A stretch of 64,000 nucleotides of DNA, from the NCBI GenBank assembly GCA_965153455.1, contig OZ234494.1, positions 10,726,001 to 10,790,000 of the forward strand. The letters are read 5' to 3'. The translations under genes and the position numbers were made by a program. Below, piece by piece: positions 53,521 to 64,000 of this stretch. Within the stretch, counting starts at the first letter, position 1. Each line of letters begins with the position of its first letter. The DNA is from Sphagnum compactum. Its lineage: Eukaryota. The notes beneath the pieces are model-generated. The model was not told the origin of the DNA, searched no databases, and saw only the letters and a program-made list of their open reading frames with translations.

Positions 53521-54260
53521 TTAAACCTTTATTCTAATTTTTTCCTTCAGAACATTTAGCTTTTTAACTGCTTTCAATATGTTAATCTTTGCCTTGTTCA
53601 ACCTTTCATTATTGATTTACACTTTGCAAGCCAATAAGGTGCTTCGAATTTCAGAGGTTGCAAAAAAATGACTAGCCACTATTGCCATGCTTTTGGATTG
53701 ACTTTGCAACATCTTTGCTTTAGTCATCAACTTTTCACCAAAACTTATAGATGGTGTAGAGTCAACTGATACATTTGAATTAAGTGCAAGACTTAAAGGT
53801 TAAAGAGAAGTAGAAGATGGGGTTGATGGTCTAAGTGTAGGTGCCCCATATGTGAAATTTTGTCATATATTCAAGATGTTCCTTGTTGTATGCCTATGAT
53901 CTATGGCCTTGAAACATATCAAAATTTGATCGTGCATTAAAATGTTGTTCTTTTTGAGCCCTCCTCATTTAAACTTTTGTTTTAATTCTATCAAGGTGTT
54001 GCATAAGTGAACCTCCAAAGTCTCTTCAACAAAAGTTGAATTATGACAAGTTATTTGATAATATAGATAAATTTGTTTCCACAAAATGATAGGAGTAAGT
54101 TGTGTTACTTGCTTCCTACCCATGATGTAGTTCACAAAATGCACATTATAAAAAGCTGTCATGGTGTTATGTTGGATAGATTTCATCATTTTTTTTGGTG
54201 CCTTTTTTGTTTGAGAGGCCTCGACTTTGTGCAATGCAATAAACTCCAACTATTGCATCT
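53521..54260 (-). pseudogene. Putative decayed Harbinger ORF2 (DNA-binding partner), convergent with the transposase
   Basis: Minus-strand coding remnants (..LWKQIYLYYQ..ETLEVHLCNTLIELKQKFK; C-terminal coiled-coil-like KAKINILKAVKKLNVLKEKIRIKV) lie tail-to-tail with the transposase, a common Harbinger layout. A Myb/SANT fold is not verifiable by eye. Confidence 0.45.
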
Positions 54261-54529
54261 ATAGTACATTTGTTTCCAATTCTATGCTTGCCCATAATTT
54301 AATTATCCTTGAATATAATTACACAACCCAAAAGAACCAGTCATAGTCACTATTAGATTGACAATAGTCACTAGACTTCAACCCAAAACATTCACTAGAT
54401 TTTAGTCATTGGAAGTATGTAATCACTAGATTTAAATAAATATAAATGTGGGAATTAAATTTTAGTGATTGGAATAGTCATTAAATTTCAATAATTGGAT
54501 TTCAAACATTAAATTCACAAGAAAAGAAG

Positions 54530-55830
54530 GCAAGAAGACCATCATGAGGGTTTGGATACCTTATTGAAGGTTAGGGTAGGTATGTTTCAGCTATAAAGAC
54601 TAGATCACATGTATAAGTGGTACATTTGGGTCTAGAAAAAACAAGAAAACCATCAAGAAGGCATGCAAACTTGAATGAAAGCTAACTTAGGTCTATTTCA
54701 ACAGAAAGATAACAACACATGTATAAGAAATGGATTCAAGTTCAAAAAAAAAAAAATTCTCAAGAGGGTTTTTCGACTTGAATTAAGGCTAGGGTAGGTC
54801 TATTTCAACTAAAAATATAACAACACATGTATAAGAAATGGATTTAGGTTCATTAAAAAACAAGAAGATCATCAAGAGGGTTTTTTGACTTGAATAAATG
54901 TTAGGGTAGGTCTATTTGAACTAAAAAGATAATGCTACACGTATAAGGGATGGATTCATGTTGATATATAAAAAAGAAAGGCCATAAGGAAGGGTTTACA
55001 AACCTTGTTGAATGTTAGGGCAGGTAGGTTAAGGTTGGTCTATTTCAATAAGAAGGACAACATCACTTATATAGGAGATGGATTCAAGTTCATAAAAGCA
55101 AGTAGACCATTAATTAATGAAGGTTAGGGTAGGTCTATTTTAGTTAAAAAATAATGACACATGCATAAGAGATGGATTTAAGTTTTTAAAAAACAAGAAG
55201 ACCATTAGGAAGGTTTGCAAACTTGAATATAGGCTACGATAGGTCTATTTTAGCCATAAAAAAACATAACAAGTATAATATATGAATTTTGCTTTAGAGA
55301 AAACAAGAGGATCGTTAGGAAGGTATGTAGGCATGAATGAAGGCTAGGGTAGGTTTGTTTCAACTAGAAAGACAAAATGTCACATGCATAAAAGATGGAG
55401 TCAAGTTTAGAAAAACAAGAAAAACATCAAAAAGGTTTCCACACTTAAATGAAGGTTAAAGTAGCTATATTTCAACTAGAAAGACAACATCAAATGTATT
55501 AAAGATGGATTTATCTTTTTAAACAAAACAAAAAGACCATAAGGAGGGTTTGTAGACCTTGTTGAATGTTAGGGTACTAATGTTTCAACCATAAAGACAA
55601 CATCAAATGGATAAATTTTTTTTTTGTAAGAGGTGGCTTCAAAAAAAAAACACAAGATCACCACTAAAAGGGTCTATAAACTTTAGTTAAGGTTTGTTTT
55701 AGTTTGACAATATGTTTTAATTTGTAATACACAACCAAAGGGGTAAGAGGAGGACTCAAAAAAGTGAAAAACAAAACCATCATAAGAGGGTTTACAAACT
55801 AGAAGTAAGGTTACATTCAAGTTTGATTTC
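54530..55830. repeat. ~112-bp tandem repeat, ~11-12 copies
   Basis: AGG(T/C)TAGGGTAGGTCTATTTCAACTA..ACACATGTATAAGAAATGGATT recurs near 54568, 54680, 54786, 54899, 55012, 55121, 55230, 55341, 55453 and 55567. Confidence 0.85.
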
Positions 55831-56118
55831 GTATCTAAATGCAATCATCATAACTATCACCATAATAATCATATGGGTAGAATAATGGGGGTTCAAAATG
55901 GTTTCCACGTACATTTCATTTCATATACAAAAAATTAGTTATTGAAATCATCTAACTTTAGTGAATCACTTACCATGACAAAAAATTGTAAACATTCCAA
56001 TTCAAGTTGTAATCAAAATTTAAGAGAATGTTTCCAAAGTTCATGTTTAACAATTGTGCAATGGTATAAATGTTTTTAACTTTCTCAATTTGAAGAATTC
56101 TTCACACAAGGTGGTATC

Positions 56119-56385
56119 TGTTATGGACCGACTACAAACAAGTGGAGAATTACAAGACAAGACAAGCTTTATTGATCCATCAACTGGTGTTGATCTGCTA
56201 AAGGGTTGTTCCCCAGACTATCTCCTTTTATAACCCTGAGCCATACTAGTCCCAAAATATCCTAGGCCATGATATTGCCAAAACTATCGCAAAATATCCT
56301 AGGCCATGATATTGCCAAAAGTATCCCAAAATATCCTAGGACATGACATTGCCAAAAGTATCCCAAAATATCCTAGGCCATGACA
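56119..56385 (-). repeat. 3' LTR (267 bp) with ~3.6 copies of a 37-bp U3 repeat
   Basis: Direct repeat of 61921-62187. Unit CCCAAAATATCCTAGGCCATGATATTGCCAAAAGTAT. Minus-strand TATAAAA and AATAAA present. Confidence 0.97.
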
Positions 56386-59300
56386 TTATCCTCTCCTCAA
56401 GCGACATCTTCTAGATGGAGCCGGTTTGTTAGGATATCGTTGGTGAAACCGATTAACTAAGTCTTGGGCATGAACTAGGTTTCCAGCAGGCTCCCAAGTA
56501 GCTTCAGAAGGAGGATAACCTCGCCAAAAGACAAGGTACAGGAGCTTTCCACGAATCTTCTTGGAGTCCAAGACCTCCTGAACTTCAAACTCTTCTTGGC
56601 CTTCAATTTCGACTGGAGCTGGGGGTTCTTGATGACGTTCTGGGATCGGGTTTTCATGATAGGGCTCAAGCAGGGAGACATGGAAAACATTGTGGATTTT
56701 GAACTGGGGTGGAAGCTCCAACTGGCAAGCCACTAGACCAACCAATTTGGCGATTTTGAAAGGTCCGAGGCGCTTGTAATCCAACTTGGCACATGGGCGA
56801 GTGGTAGCAATGTTCTTTCTGAGAAGCCAGACCTTGTCTCCAACCTTGAAGTTTGGATGGTCCTTGCGTCGGCGGTCTGCTTGCTTCTTTTGCCACTCCT
56901 GTGTTAGCTTGAGTTTTGCCATAAGGTTCTGTTGAACCTGTCCAAGCCTCGTGGCCCTTTCTTCAGCCGAGGGGTTTACGGAGTCTCCAGGAATTTCAAG
57001 GCTGAACCTGGGATGAAAACCGTAATTGGCAAAGAATGGACTGAACCCGGTCGATGCATGTGTTGTGTTATTATAAGCAAACTCTGCTTGAGATAGTAGG
57101 TCCAGCCAGTCGTCCTGTTGGTAGTTCACAGTGCAGCGAAGGTATTGCTCGAGTGTCTGGTTTGTCCGTTCGGTTTGTCCATCTGTCTCAGGGTGGAAAG
57201 CTGAAGATAGCCGAATGTCAACTCCAAGAAGCTCGAATAGACGATGCCAGAACTTGGATGCAAACTGAGGACCTCTGTCGGACACAATTTCCTCGGGGAG
57301 TCCATGCAGTCGGACGATCCCGTCCAGAATTAACTGAGCTGTCTCTTCTGCCGTGATTGACTTGGAACAAGGGGTGAAATGGGCCATTTTGGTGAGTCGA
57401 TCGACCACAACCAGTATTGAATTCTTGGTTCTGACAGTAGGGAGGTCCGTGATGAAGTCCATTGCAATAGATCCCCAAGGTCGGCTAGGAATCGACAGAG
57501 GCTGTAGGAGTCCAAACGGGCGATGCCTGGGAGCCTTGGATCGAGCACATGTATCACAAGACTTGACATACTCCCGTAGCATCTTGTTCATTTTGGGCCA
57601 CCAGTAAGTCCTTGACACTAGTTCGTGAGTCCGTGCCATTCCAAAGTGACCTGCCAGGGTGTTGTCGTGGCATTCCCTCAGGATTTTTAGGCGTATAGGT
57701 CCTTCGGGTACATAAATCAGGTTATTTCGAAGGAGAAGTCCGTCTTGCTGCTCAAATTGATCCAAGTCATCACGATTTGGGTTCCTTGGTCGTTCCTGGA
57801 GTTCCTTCTTGATGTTGGTAGCCCAGGTGTCTTCCTCAGTTGCTATCTTGATGTCCCTGACAAGGTATGAGTCTGGGAGGGTGTTGATTGTTGCTGCAAC
57901 TCGAAATTGCTTGGGGTTGAGTAAAGTCTGGTTCTGCTGGCCGTAGGCCTCATCCCCCGCTCGAAATTCATATTCTGAACGACGAGATAGCGCGTCAGCT
58001 TTCCCTTGCTGGGTGCCGGGTTGATACTGAATCTCAAAGTCGAAATCAGCTAGGAAGATAGACCAGCGTGCCTGGCGACGATTTAAGGTCCGAGTAGTTG
58101 TGAAATAAAGGAGATTCTTGTGATCTGTCAGAACTTGGACTCGATGTTGAGCTCCGGCAAGATACGGTCTCCATTGCTCGAATGCCGTGATGATTGCCAG
58201 GAGTTCCTTATCGTAGACCTGGTAGTTGATTTCGGCACTGGTTAACTTCCGTGAATAGAAAGCAACTGGATGCAGCAACCCATCTATTCCAAATTGAAAT
58301 AGAATAGCTCCCAAGGCAAAATCTGAAGCGTCCGTTTCCACAATGAATGGCTTAGTAGGATCGGGATGTATCAGGATGGGTGCAGAGGTGAATGCCATCT
58401 TGAGAGTATCAAAAGCAACCTGGGCCGTTGGATTCCACGAGAAGGGCTTGTCTTTGCAAGTCAGGGTTATTAACGGTGTTGTGATCTTGGAATAGCCTTT
58501 GATAAACCGACGATAGAAGTTGGTAAACCCTAGGAAGCGTTGAACGTCCTTGACCGAGGATGGAGTAGCCCAACACTGGATGGTCTCGACCTTTGACTTG
58601 TCCATGAAAATGCCATCTGGAGAGATCACGTAGTCGAGGAACGCCACTGAAGATTTGTCGAATTCACATTTTTCCAACTTGGCGTATAAGCCATGCTCCT
58701 GCAGCGTCGCAAACACCAATCGTACATGTTTGTCGTGGGTTTCCTAGTCCTTGGAAAAGATTAAAATGTCATCCAAATAGACCACGACAAATTCGTCCAT
58801 GTAATCCCGGAAGATATCATTCATCAGATGCTGAAAGACTGCGGGTGCATTGGTGAGGCCGAAGGGCATGACCGTGTATTCGAAGTGGCCATAGCGTGTG
58901 CGGAAAGCTGTCTTCCATTCATCACCAAGGCGAATCCTGAGTAAGTTGTAGGCTCCACGGAGGTCAAGCTTGGTGAAGATCTTCCCGGTACGTAGTCGAT
59001 CTAGGAGACCTGAAATCAAGGGCAAAGGATATCGATTCTTTTTGGTTATCTTGTTGAGTCCACGATAATCCACACAAAGTCGAAGGGAGCCATCCTTCTT
59101 CTTGACAAACAAAATTGGGGCGCCGGCTGGAGACTTGGAATGCTGAATGAACCCCTTGGCAAGATTTTCAGTAAGGTAATCACGCAGGGCTTGGAGTTCC
59201 GGTTCCGATAGGCCATAGATAGGACCAAAGGGTGGTGACTGTCCTTCTTCTAGATCAATCGGGCAGTCATATGGACTATGGGCGGGGAGCTGATCAGCAT

Positions 59301-60144
59301 TAATCTTTTCAAAAACATCAACAAAGTCCTTGTACTTCTTGGGAAGTTTGACAGGTGTTGGTTCCGATTGGGGGTTTGTGGTGTTGGCTGGGTTGACATG
59401 GATGGCGAAGACTTGAAGATTCTTAGCAGCCCGATAGAAAGGGACAGCTCTATCAACGAAGATCTGGACAGGGTTGGTTTTTTGGGCAGAATTCTTGACA
59501 AGATTCTTGACAGGACAAGGTTTCGTTCTGACCAATCGGGGGTTCTTGACTGCAGGATTTGACATAACAGACTTGATAAAACTGGAATTGGTTCCGACCC
59601 TCTTTGGGTTCTCGACCACAGGGTTCTTGGCAGGACTGGACAAAGTGTTTTTCTGAGCGTGGGGTTCTTGAGAGGTGCATCGTTGTGCGCTGAAGGTGAG
59701 GGTTCTAGATCGCCAATCAATGATAGGGTTGTGTGCTTCTAGCCAAGGCAGACCAAGGATGATGGGATGGTGAGGGGTGGAAATGATGTTGAGAACAATC
59801 TTTTCCGTGTGCTTGCCGATACAGAGTTCTAGAGGGGTTGTCTCGTGTGTGATTGCACCAGAAGCAATGGTTCTCCCATCAATAACCTCTACCGGAACAG
59901 GGGTTGACTTCTTGACTACAGGGATGTTGTGTTGAACGACAAATGTTTGGTCGATGAAAGAAGAGGTGGCGCCGGAGTCCACCAAAGCTGACACTTGTGG
60001 TATGTCTTCTGGAATACGAATGATGTCCACATACTGAGTGAAACTGGGACTGGGACCAACAGCGGAACAGGAGCCTTTGCAAAGGTGGTGTTGGGTGAGA
60101 TCCAGTCGCACGGCTCCTACTGTGACTGGATGTTCTTGTTTTCC
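56386..60144 (-). pseudogene. pol: pol (aspartic protease, RT, RNase H, integrase, chromodomain) with one in-frame TAG at 58744-58746
   Basis: LVDSGA (PR); [30 protein letters not shown] (RT); ETDASDFALGA, DKELLAI (RH); H..GH..C..C, MDFI, SDRG, TERTN (INT); GPFKI; FEVQEVLDSK..YLVFWRGY..TWEP (chromodomain). The two ORF-track ORFs are in one frame, joined across FSKD*ETHDKHV. Confidence 0.95.
60068..60144 (-). promoter_or_regulatory. Predicted -1 programmed ribosomal frameshift signal (G_GAA_AAC plus H-type pseudoknot)
   Basis: pol is in the -1 frame relative to gag. Heptamer at 60144-60138, 6-nt spacer, stem 1 ATCCAGTCACA/TGCGACTGGAT (10/11), and loop AGGAGCC pairing with downstream GGCTCCT. 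Confidence 0.8.
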
Positions 60145-61091
60145 AACTCCTGGGGAGTTTTCACAGCTTGTACCTGAAGTTTGACAAGCTTTTGAGGGCA
60201 TTGACGAGCTATATGCCCTGGGTTGCCACAGTAAAGACATAGATTGTTTGTCCTTCGGCGAAGTTTCTCGGCTTTTGTCAAAGATTTAAACTTAGCTGTG
60301 TCGATCTGCATCGGAGCAGGTCCAAAAGAGGCAGGTCGGGCAACTGGTGTTGTTTGGGGAACTAAGGGGAGCGTAATAGGCCGACTGTTCCAAAGCTGGG
60401 CGTTGGAGGTGACTTTCTTTTCCTGGCGACGTTCGAACAGACGATTATCGCACCGAATTGCCTGGGTGATGGCTTCACTGAAGGAAGAAGGGTCTGCGAG
60501 TGTCAACAAAAGATCTTGAACATCATCACGAAGCCCATAGCGAAACTGATCAATCAAGGCAGCTTCTCCCCAATTGACGTCACAGGCAAGCTGCCTGAAT
60601 TCTGAAGCGTAGACGATGGCCGAACGTGTCCCTTGCTGGAGGCGACGCAGCTTGTTGGCTGAAGTCCTGGCCTTATCACTGTCCCCAAATACTGCTTCAA
60701 ATTCCGCCATAAAGGCGTTGAAATCTTGTAGAAGAGGGGATGATGTTTCCAGGATGGGAGCAAACCATGCTGCAGCTGTCCCAGTGAGTAGGGTTCCAAC
60801 GAATCCTACACGAGTGGTGTCATCAAAATAACGACGGGGGTGTAGTTGCATGATCAGGCGTACCTGGCTGACAAAGCCTCGAAATTTGAGGCGCGTTCCA
60901 TCAAACTTTTCTGGCAGACTGATCTTGGGTTCTTGGGCGGCCATTGCAAGAGCAGGAAGTACTGGGGCAGGAGGTGGTGGCTGATTCTATAGGCGGGTCA
61001 CCGAGTCTCTAAGCACGGCATTTTCTTGTTGAAGGTGTTGAAGGGCGGCGAGGATTTGAGTGAGATCGATGTTGGATTCTGAGTTGTCCAT
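60117..61091 (-). pseudogene. gag: gag (PEG10/Tf1-like capsid plus CCHC zinc knuckle) with in-frame TAG at codon 35
   Basis: ACCACCATGG start at 61091, MDNSESNIDLTQILAALQHLQQENAVLRDSVTRL*NQPPPP (TAG at 60987-60989), then [38 protein letters not shown], stop at 60117. Confidence 0.92.
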
Positions 61092-61130
61092 GGTGGTAGT
61101 TCTCACACTTTTGCGCTTTCAATCTTCAAA

Positions 61131-61780
61131 CTTGAAACTTCAGATGCTTGGATCTCTCTCAATACAAGTCCAAATGACATGAAATTTCTCTTACACATAT
61201 ATTCCTATATGATCTATAAGATCACAAAGTTACAGACCCAAAAACGTTTACACAAAGGAGATATGACCAAAAAACCAGATCTACACTTGAAACTTCAGAT
61301 GCTTGGATCTCTCTCAATACAAGTCCAAATGACATGAAATTTCTCTCACACATATATTCCTATATGATCTATAAGATCACAAAGTTACAGACCCAAAAAA
61401 GCTTACACAAAGGAGATATGACCAAAAAACCAGATCTGCACTTGAAACTTCAGATGCTTGGATCTCTCTCAATACAAGTCCAAATGACATGAAATTTCTC
61501 TCACACATATATTCCTATATGATCTATAAGATCACAAAGTTACAGACCCAAAAAAGCTTACACAAAGGAGATATGACCAAAAAACCAGATCTGCACTTGA
61601 AACTTCAGATGCTTGAATCTCTCTCAATAGAAGTCCAAATGACATGAAAGTTTTTTCACACATATATTCCTATATGATCTATAAGATCACAAAGTTACAG
61701 ACCCAAAAAAGCTTACACAAAGGAGATATGACCAAAAAACCAGATCTACACTTGAAACTTCAGATGCTTGGATCTCTTTC
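61131..61780. repeat. 155-bp tandem repeat (4 full copies plus a partial) in the retroelement 5' leader
   Basis: CTTGAAACTTCAGATGCTTG starts at 61131, 61286, 61441, 61596 and 61751; copies near-identical. Confidence 0.95.
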
Positions 61781-61908
61781 AAAACATATCCTTTTCTTTT
61801 GAAACTTTGAGAGTAGAAGCGTCCTATAGTCTTCTATAACCTTTCCAAGTTTCACTCCAATATACCTCTAGCTACTTACTGAAACAACATAACAAACAAA
61901 CAAGAAGG

Positions 61909-61920
61909 AGCAGATCAAAC
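61909..61920 (-). promoter_or_regulatory. Non-tRNA primer-binding site (predicted self-priming)
   Basis: The sequence right after the 5' LTR is GTTTGATCTGCT, with no TGG. Its TTGATCTGCT is the exact complement of AGCAGATCAA at 62001-61992 inside the LTR. Confidence 0.8.
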
Positions 61921-62187
61921 TGTTATGGACCGACTACAAACAAGTGGAGAATTACAAGATAAGACAAGCTTTATTGATCCATCAACTGGTGTTGATCTGC
62001 TAAAGGGTTGTTCCCCAGACTATCTCTTTTTATAACCCTGAGCCATACTAGTCCCAAAATATCCTAGGCCATGATATTGCCAAAACTATCGCAAAATATC
62101 CTAGGCCATGATATTGCCAAAAGTATCCCAAAATATCCTAGGACATGACATTGCCAAAAGTATCCCAAAATATCCTAGGCCATGACA
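61921..62187 (-). repeat. 5' LTR (267 bp)
   Basis: Direct repeat of 56119-56385. Minus-strand TATA starts at 62034. Followed by TSD GTATC. Confidence 0.97.
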
Positions 62188-64000
62188 GTATCGTTCATAA
62201 TTTAAACCAAATTTTGTTTACTTGACATAGATGTCATAACATCAAAATGTCCATGGGCAATTTAATGATGATATGTTCAATGACAAAAACAATCAGTGAG
62301 AGGAGGAGAATAAACAACCAAGGTTTTTACACAAATTTTTTAAAATTATGGGATTTGGGGTCTTGGGTTCTTCAAATTATGGTGTTGTTAATTTTTTTGG
62401 CTATGGTCAATAATGTGTTATGGGGTTGAAGGTTGTTGAAATCCAATTTCTTTAGGAGGTAGTTTTTTGTATTTTCTTCAAAGATGGGCAAGCCATGAAC
62501 TAATTAGGGCTTGTAGCATTTCACAAATATTTTAACACATAATTTTTTTTTAAACAAACATGAAAAATGACAACAACAAGATGAGAAATGTTTGTCGAAT
62601 GGCGAGTTCTTAAAAAATGACATTCATAAAAAAATAAATTCTTCCTAAGTAGCATTGGAATTAATGGATACGTGCACCATTTTTTAGGTAGAACTAAGTG
62701 TCACGTGAAGAAGGACCAACACGTCATTGTTGTTGTTGGTGCTTTTGCTTTAGATCACACCATAAACCATGCACTTGCACTACTCCAAGATGTTAGTAGT
62801 TATTTTTTTCTAATTCTTCTATGCTTTCCAAGATACATCTCAACCTTGGTTTGTGTCTTTTTAAGCTTTCAATTTGCACCTCACCAGCATTTATGATTTC
62901 AATCGTTTGTTCCTTTACACATGTTTCTCACCACATTTGTGATTCTTTCTAATTCTTGCACATTCCCTTCTATGCATTATGCTATGCATTTTGTGTTTTG
63001 AACTTTTCAATGCACTTGTGTTCATTGTTCACAATAGCTCATAAAAACAAAAAGAGGGCATTAAAGAAAAAAGAAAAACCTTTGCACCAGCTTTGTTTTT
63101 AGCACAAAAGGAAAATTTTGGCATGAAACTACTTTCATGTTGAGTTGTTGACAAAAAACCAATTTCAGCCCATCTTGGGGTCCTTTGTTTTTTTAATGTT
63201 GGGTTTGGAGTTACGACCTTCAAATTGGGCAAACATGGGCTTTTGGTGTTGTGTTTGTTCAATTTTACAAATATTTTTAATAACTTGAAAAGTGCATAAT
63301 GTGAAAGAACCTAACTATTTTCAACAAATGTAAAACATTGTCGCATTTTTTTTTGGGTATATTTGGATCCTTCATTGGGCTGAAAAAATCTTGTCAACAA
63401 CATTCTAGTGATATCACAGGAACATTAATTTACACAATTTGAAAAATAATTTTTAATTTATTAAAGTAACTTTTATCAGGTAAAGATTACCCACCAACTT
63501 GTCCCTCCTCACTATCCTTCTCACTGCAACGATGTCCTTATGCAACGATGTCCTTATGTAGTGTCACTGTCACGATGATGCTTTACATAAGAGAAGGGTC
63601 TATTAGCAAACCGTTCTGGATCTTCGAACCCCCCTTTGGCCTACCGACAACAAAGGGATTTCAAATCCGGAAAGGTTTGTTGATAGACCCTTTTCTAGGA
63701 TACATTTAATTCTTCCGCATAAAGCAACCTGAATTTTTGTAGAATAAGCATCGATGCCACTTTTTGTCATAGGTGAGGCATAGTGAAATGAGGCGTTTCC
63801 CTACAAAGACATCATTCCGCATTGGAAAAAGGCTTCAAGAGAGGTAGGTACTAGATACCTACTTGTAATTGGGAGTGTAGGCATGGATGCTACTTTTGTT
63901 AGAACCAATGCATAGTAAAATCAGGCATTTCCCTTGAAAGAAAGAGTGCATTCCACGCCGGAAAAAAGCCTCAAGAGGGGTAGGTACTAGGTACGTCCAT

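Larger units (their letters stand above)
56119..62187 (-). mobile_element. Full-length young Ty3/Gypsy chromovirus (Tcn1/Tf1-sushi-like) LTR retrotransposon, 6069 bp
   Basis: Two 267-bp TG..CA LTRs (56119-56385, 61921-62187) differing at 2 positions. 5-bp TSD GTATC (56114-56118, 62188-62192). Order gag, then PR-RT-RH-INT-chromodomain. PPT AGGAGAGGATAA abuts the 3' LTR. Confidence 0.97.

Noticed and set aside
58741-58749. Programmed stop-codon readthrough at the TAG in RT (and in gag)
   Set aside because: It lies within the RT domain, lacks a CAR-YYA type leaky context, and is more simply a point mutation.
56475-60831. Small alternative-frame and antisense ORFs in the ORF track overlapping gag/pol
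   Set aside because: Expected shadows of a GC-richer coding region; no independent motifs.
63480-64000. Start of another repeat element (16-bp duplication near 63526, ~130-bp duplication at 63790/63922)
   Set aside because: Truncated by the window edge; no termini or coding motifs to classify it.

Overview
AT-rich eukaryotic land-plant DNA, probably a moss (Sphagnum/Physcomitrium-like). This is inferred from intron style, repeat types and a Tcn1-like chromovirus. Two host genes lie on the + strand: the 3' part of a spliced LRR receptor-like kinase (124-5477, 5' end outside the window) and a complete 10-exon clade-II serine carboxypeptidase-like gene (38692-44023). The rest is largely nested transposon material. 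It includes four non-autonomous CACTA elements with TIRs and 3-bp TSDs (one TSD carries a mismatch), plus a fifth decayed one. There is also a 2.67-kb solo-LTR-like insertion carrying its own ORF, a decayed Sola-type transposase split by a CACTA, a decayed PIF/Harbinger split by CACTAs, several tandem arrays, and a young full-length Ty3/Gypsy chromovirus (56119-62187, - strand). The most notable readable mechanisms are in the chromovirus. It has no tRNA primer-binding site but a 10-nt match between the PBS position and the predicted transcript 5' end (Tf1-style self-priming). It also has a -1 frameshift heptamer followed by an H-type pseudoknot at the gag/pol junction. tRNA-like (Pol III A/B-box) modules recur near the ends of three CACTA elements. 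All calls were made by eye with no database searches.
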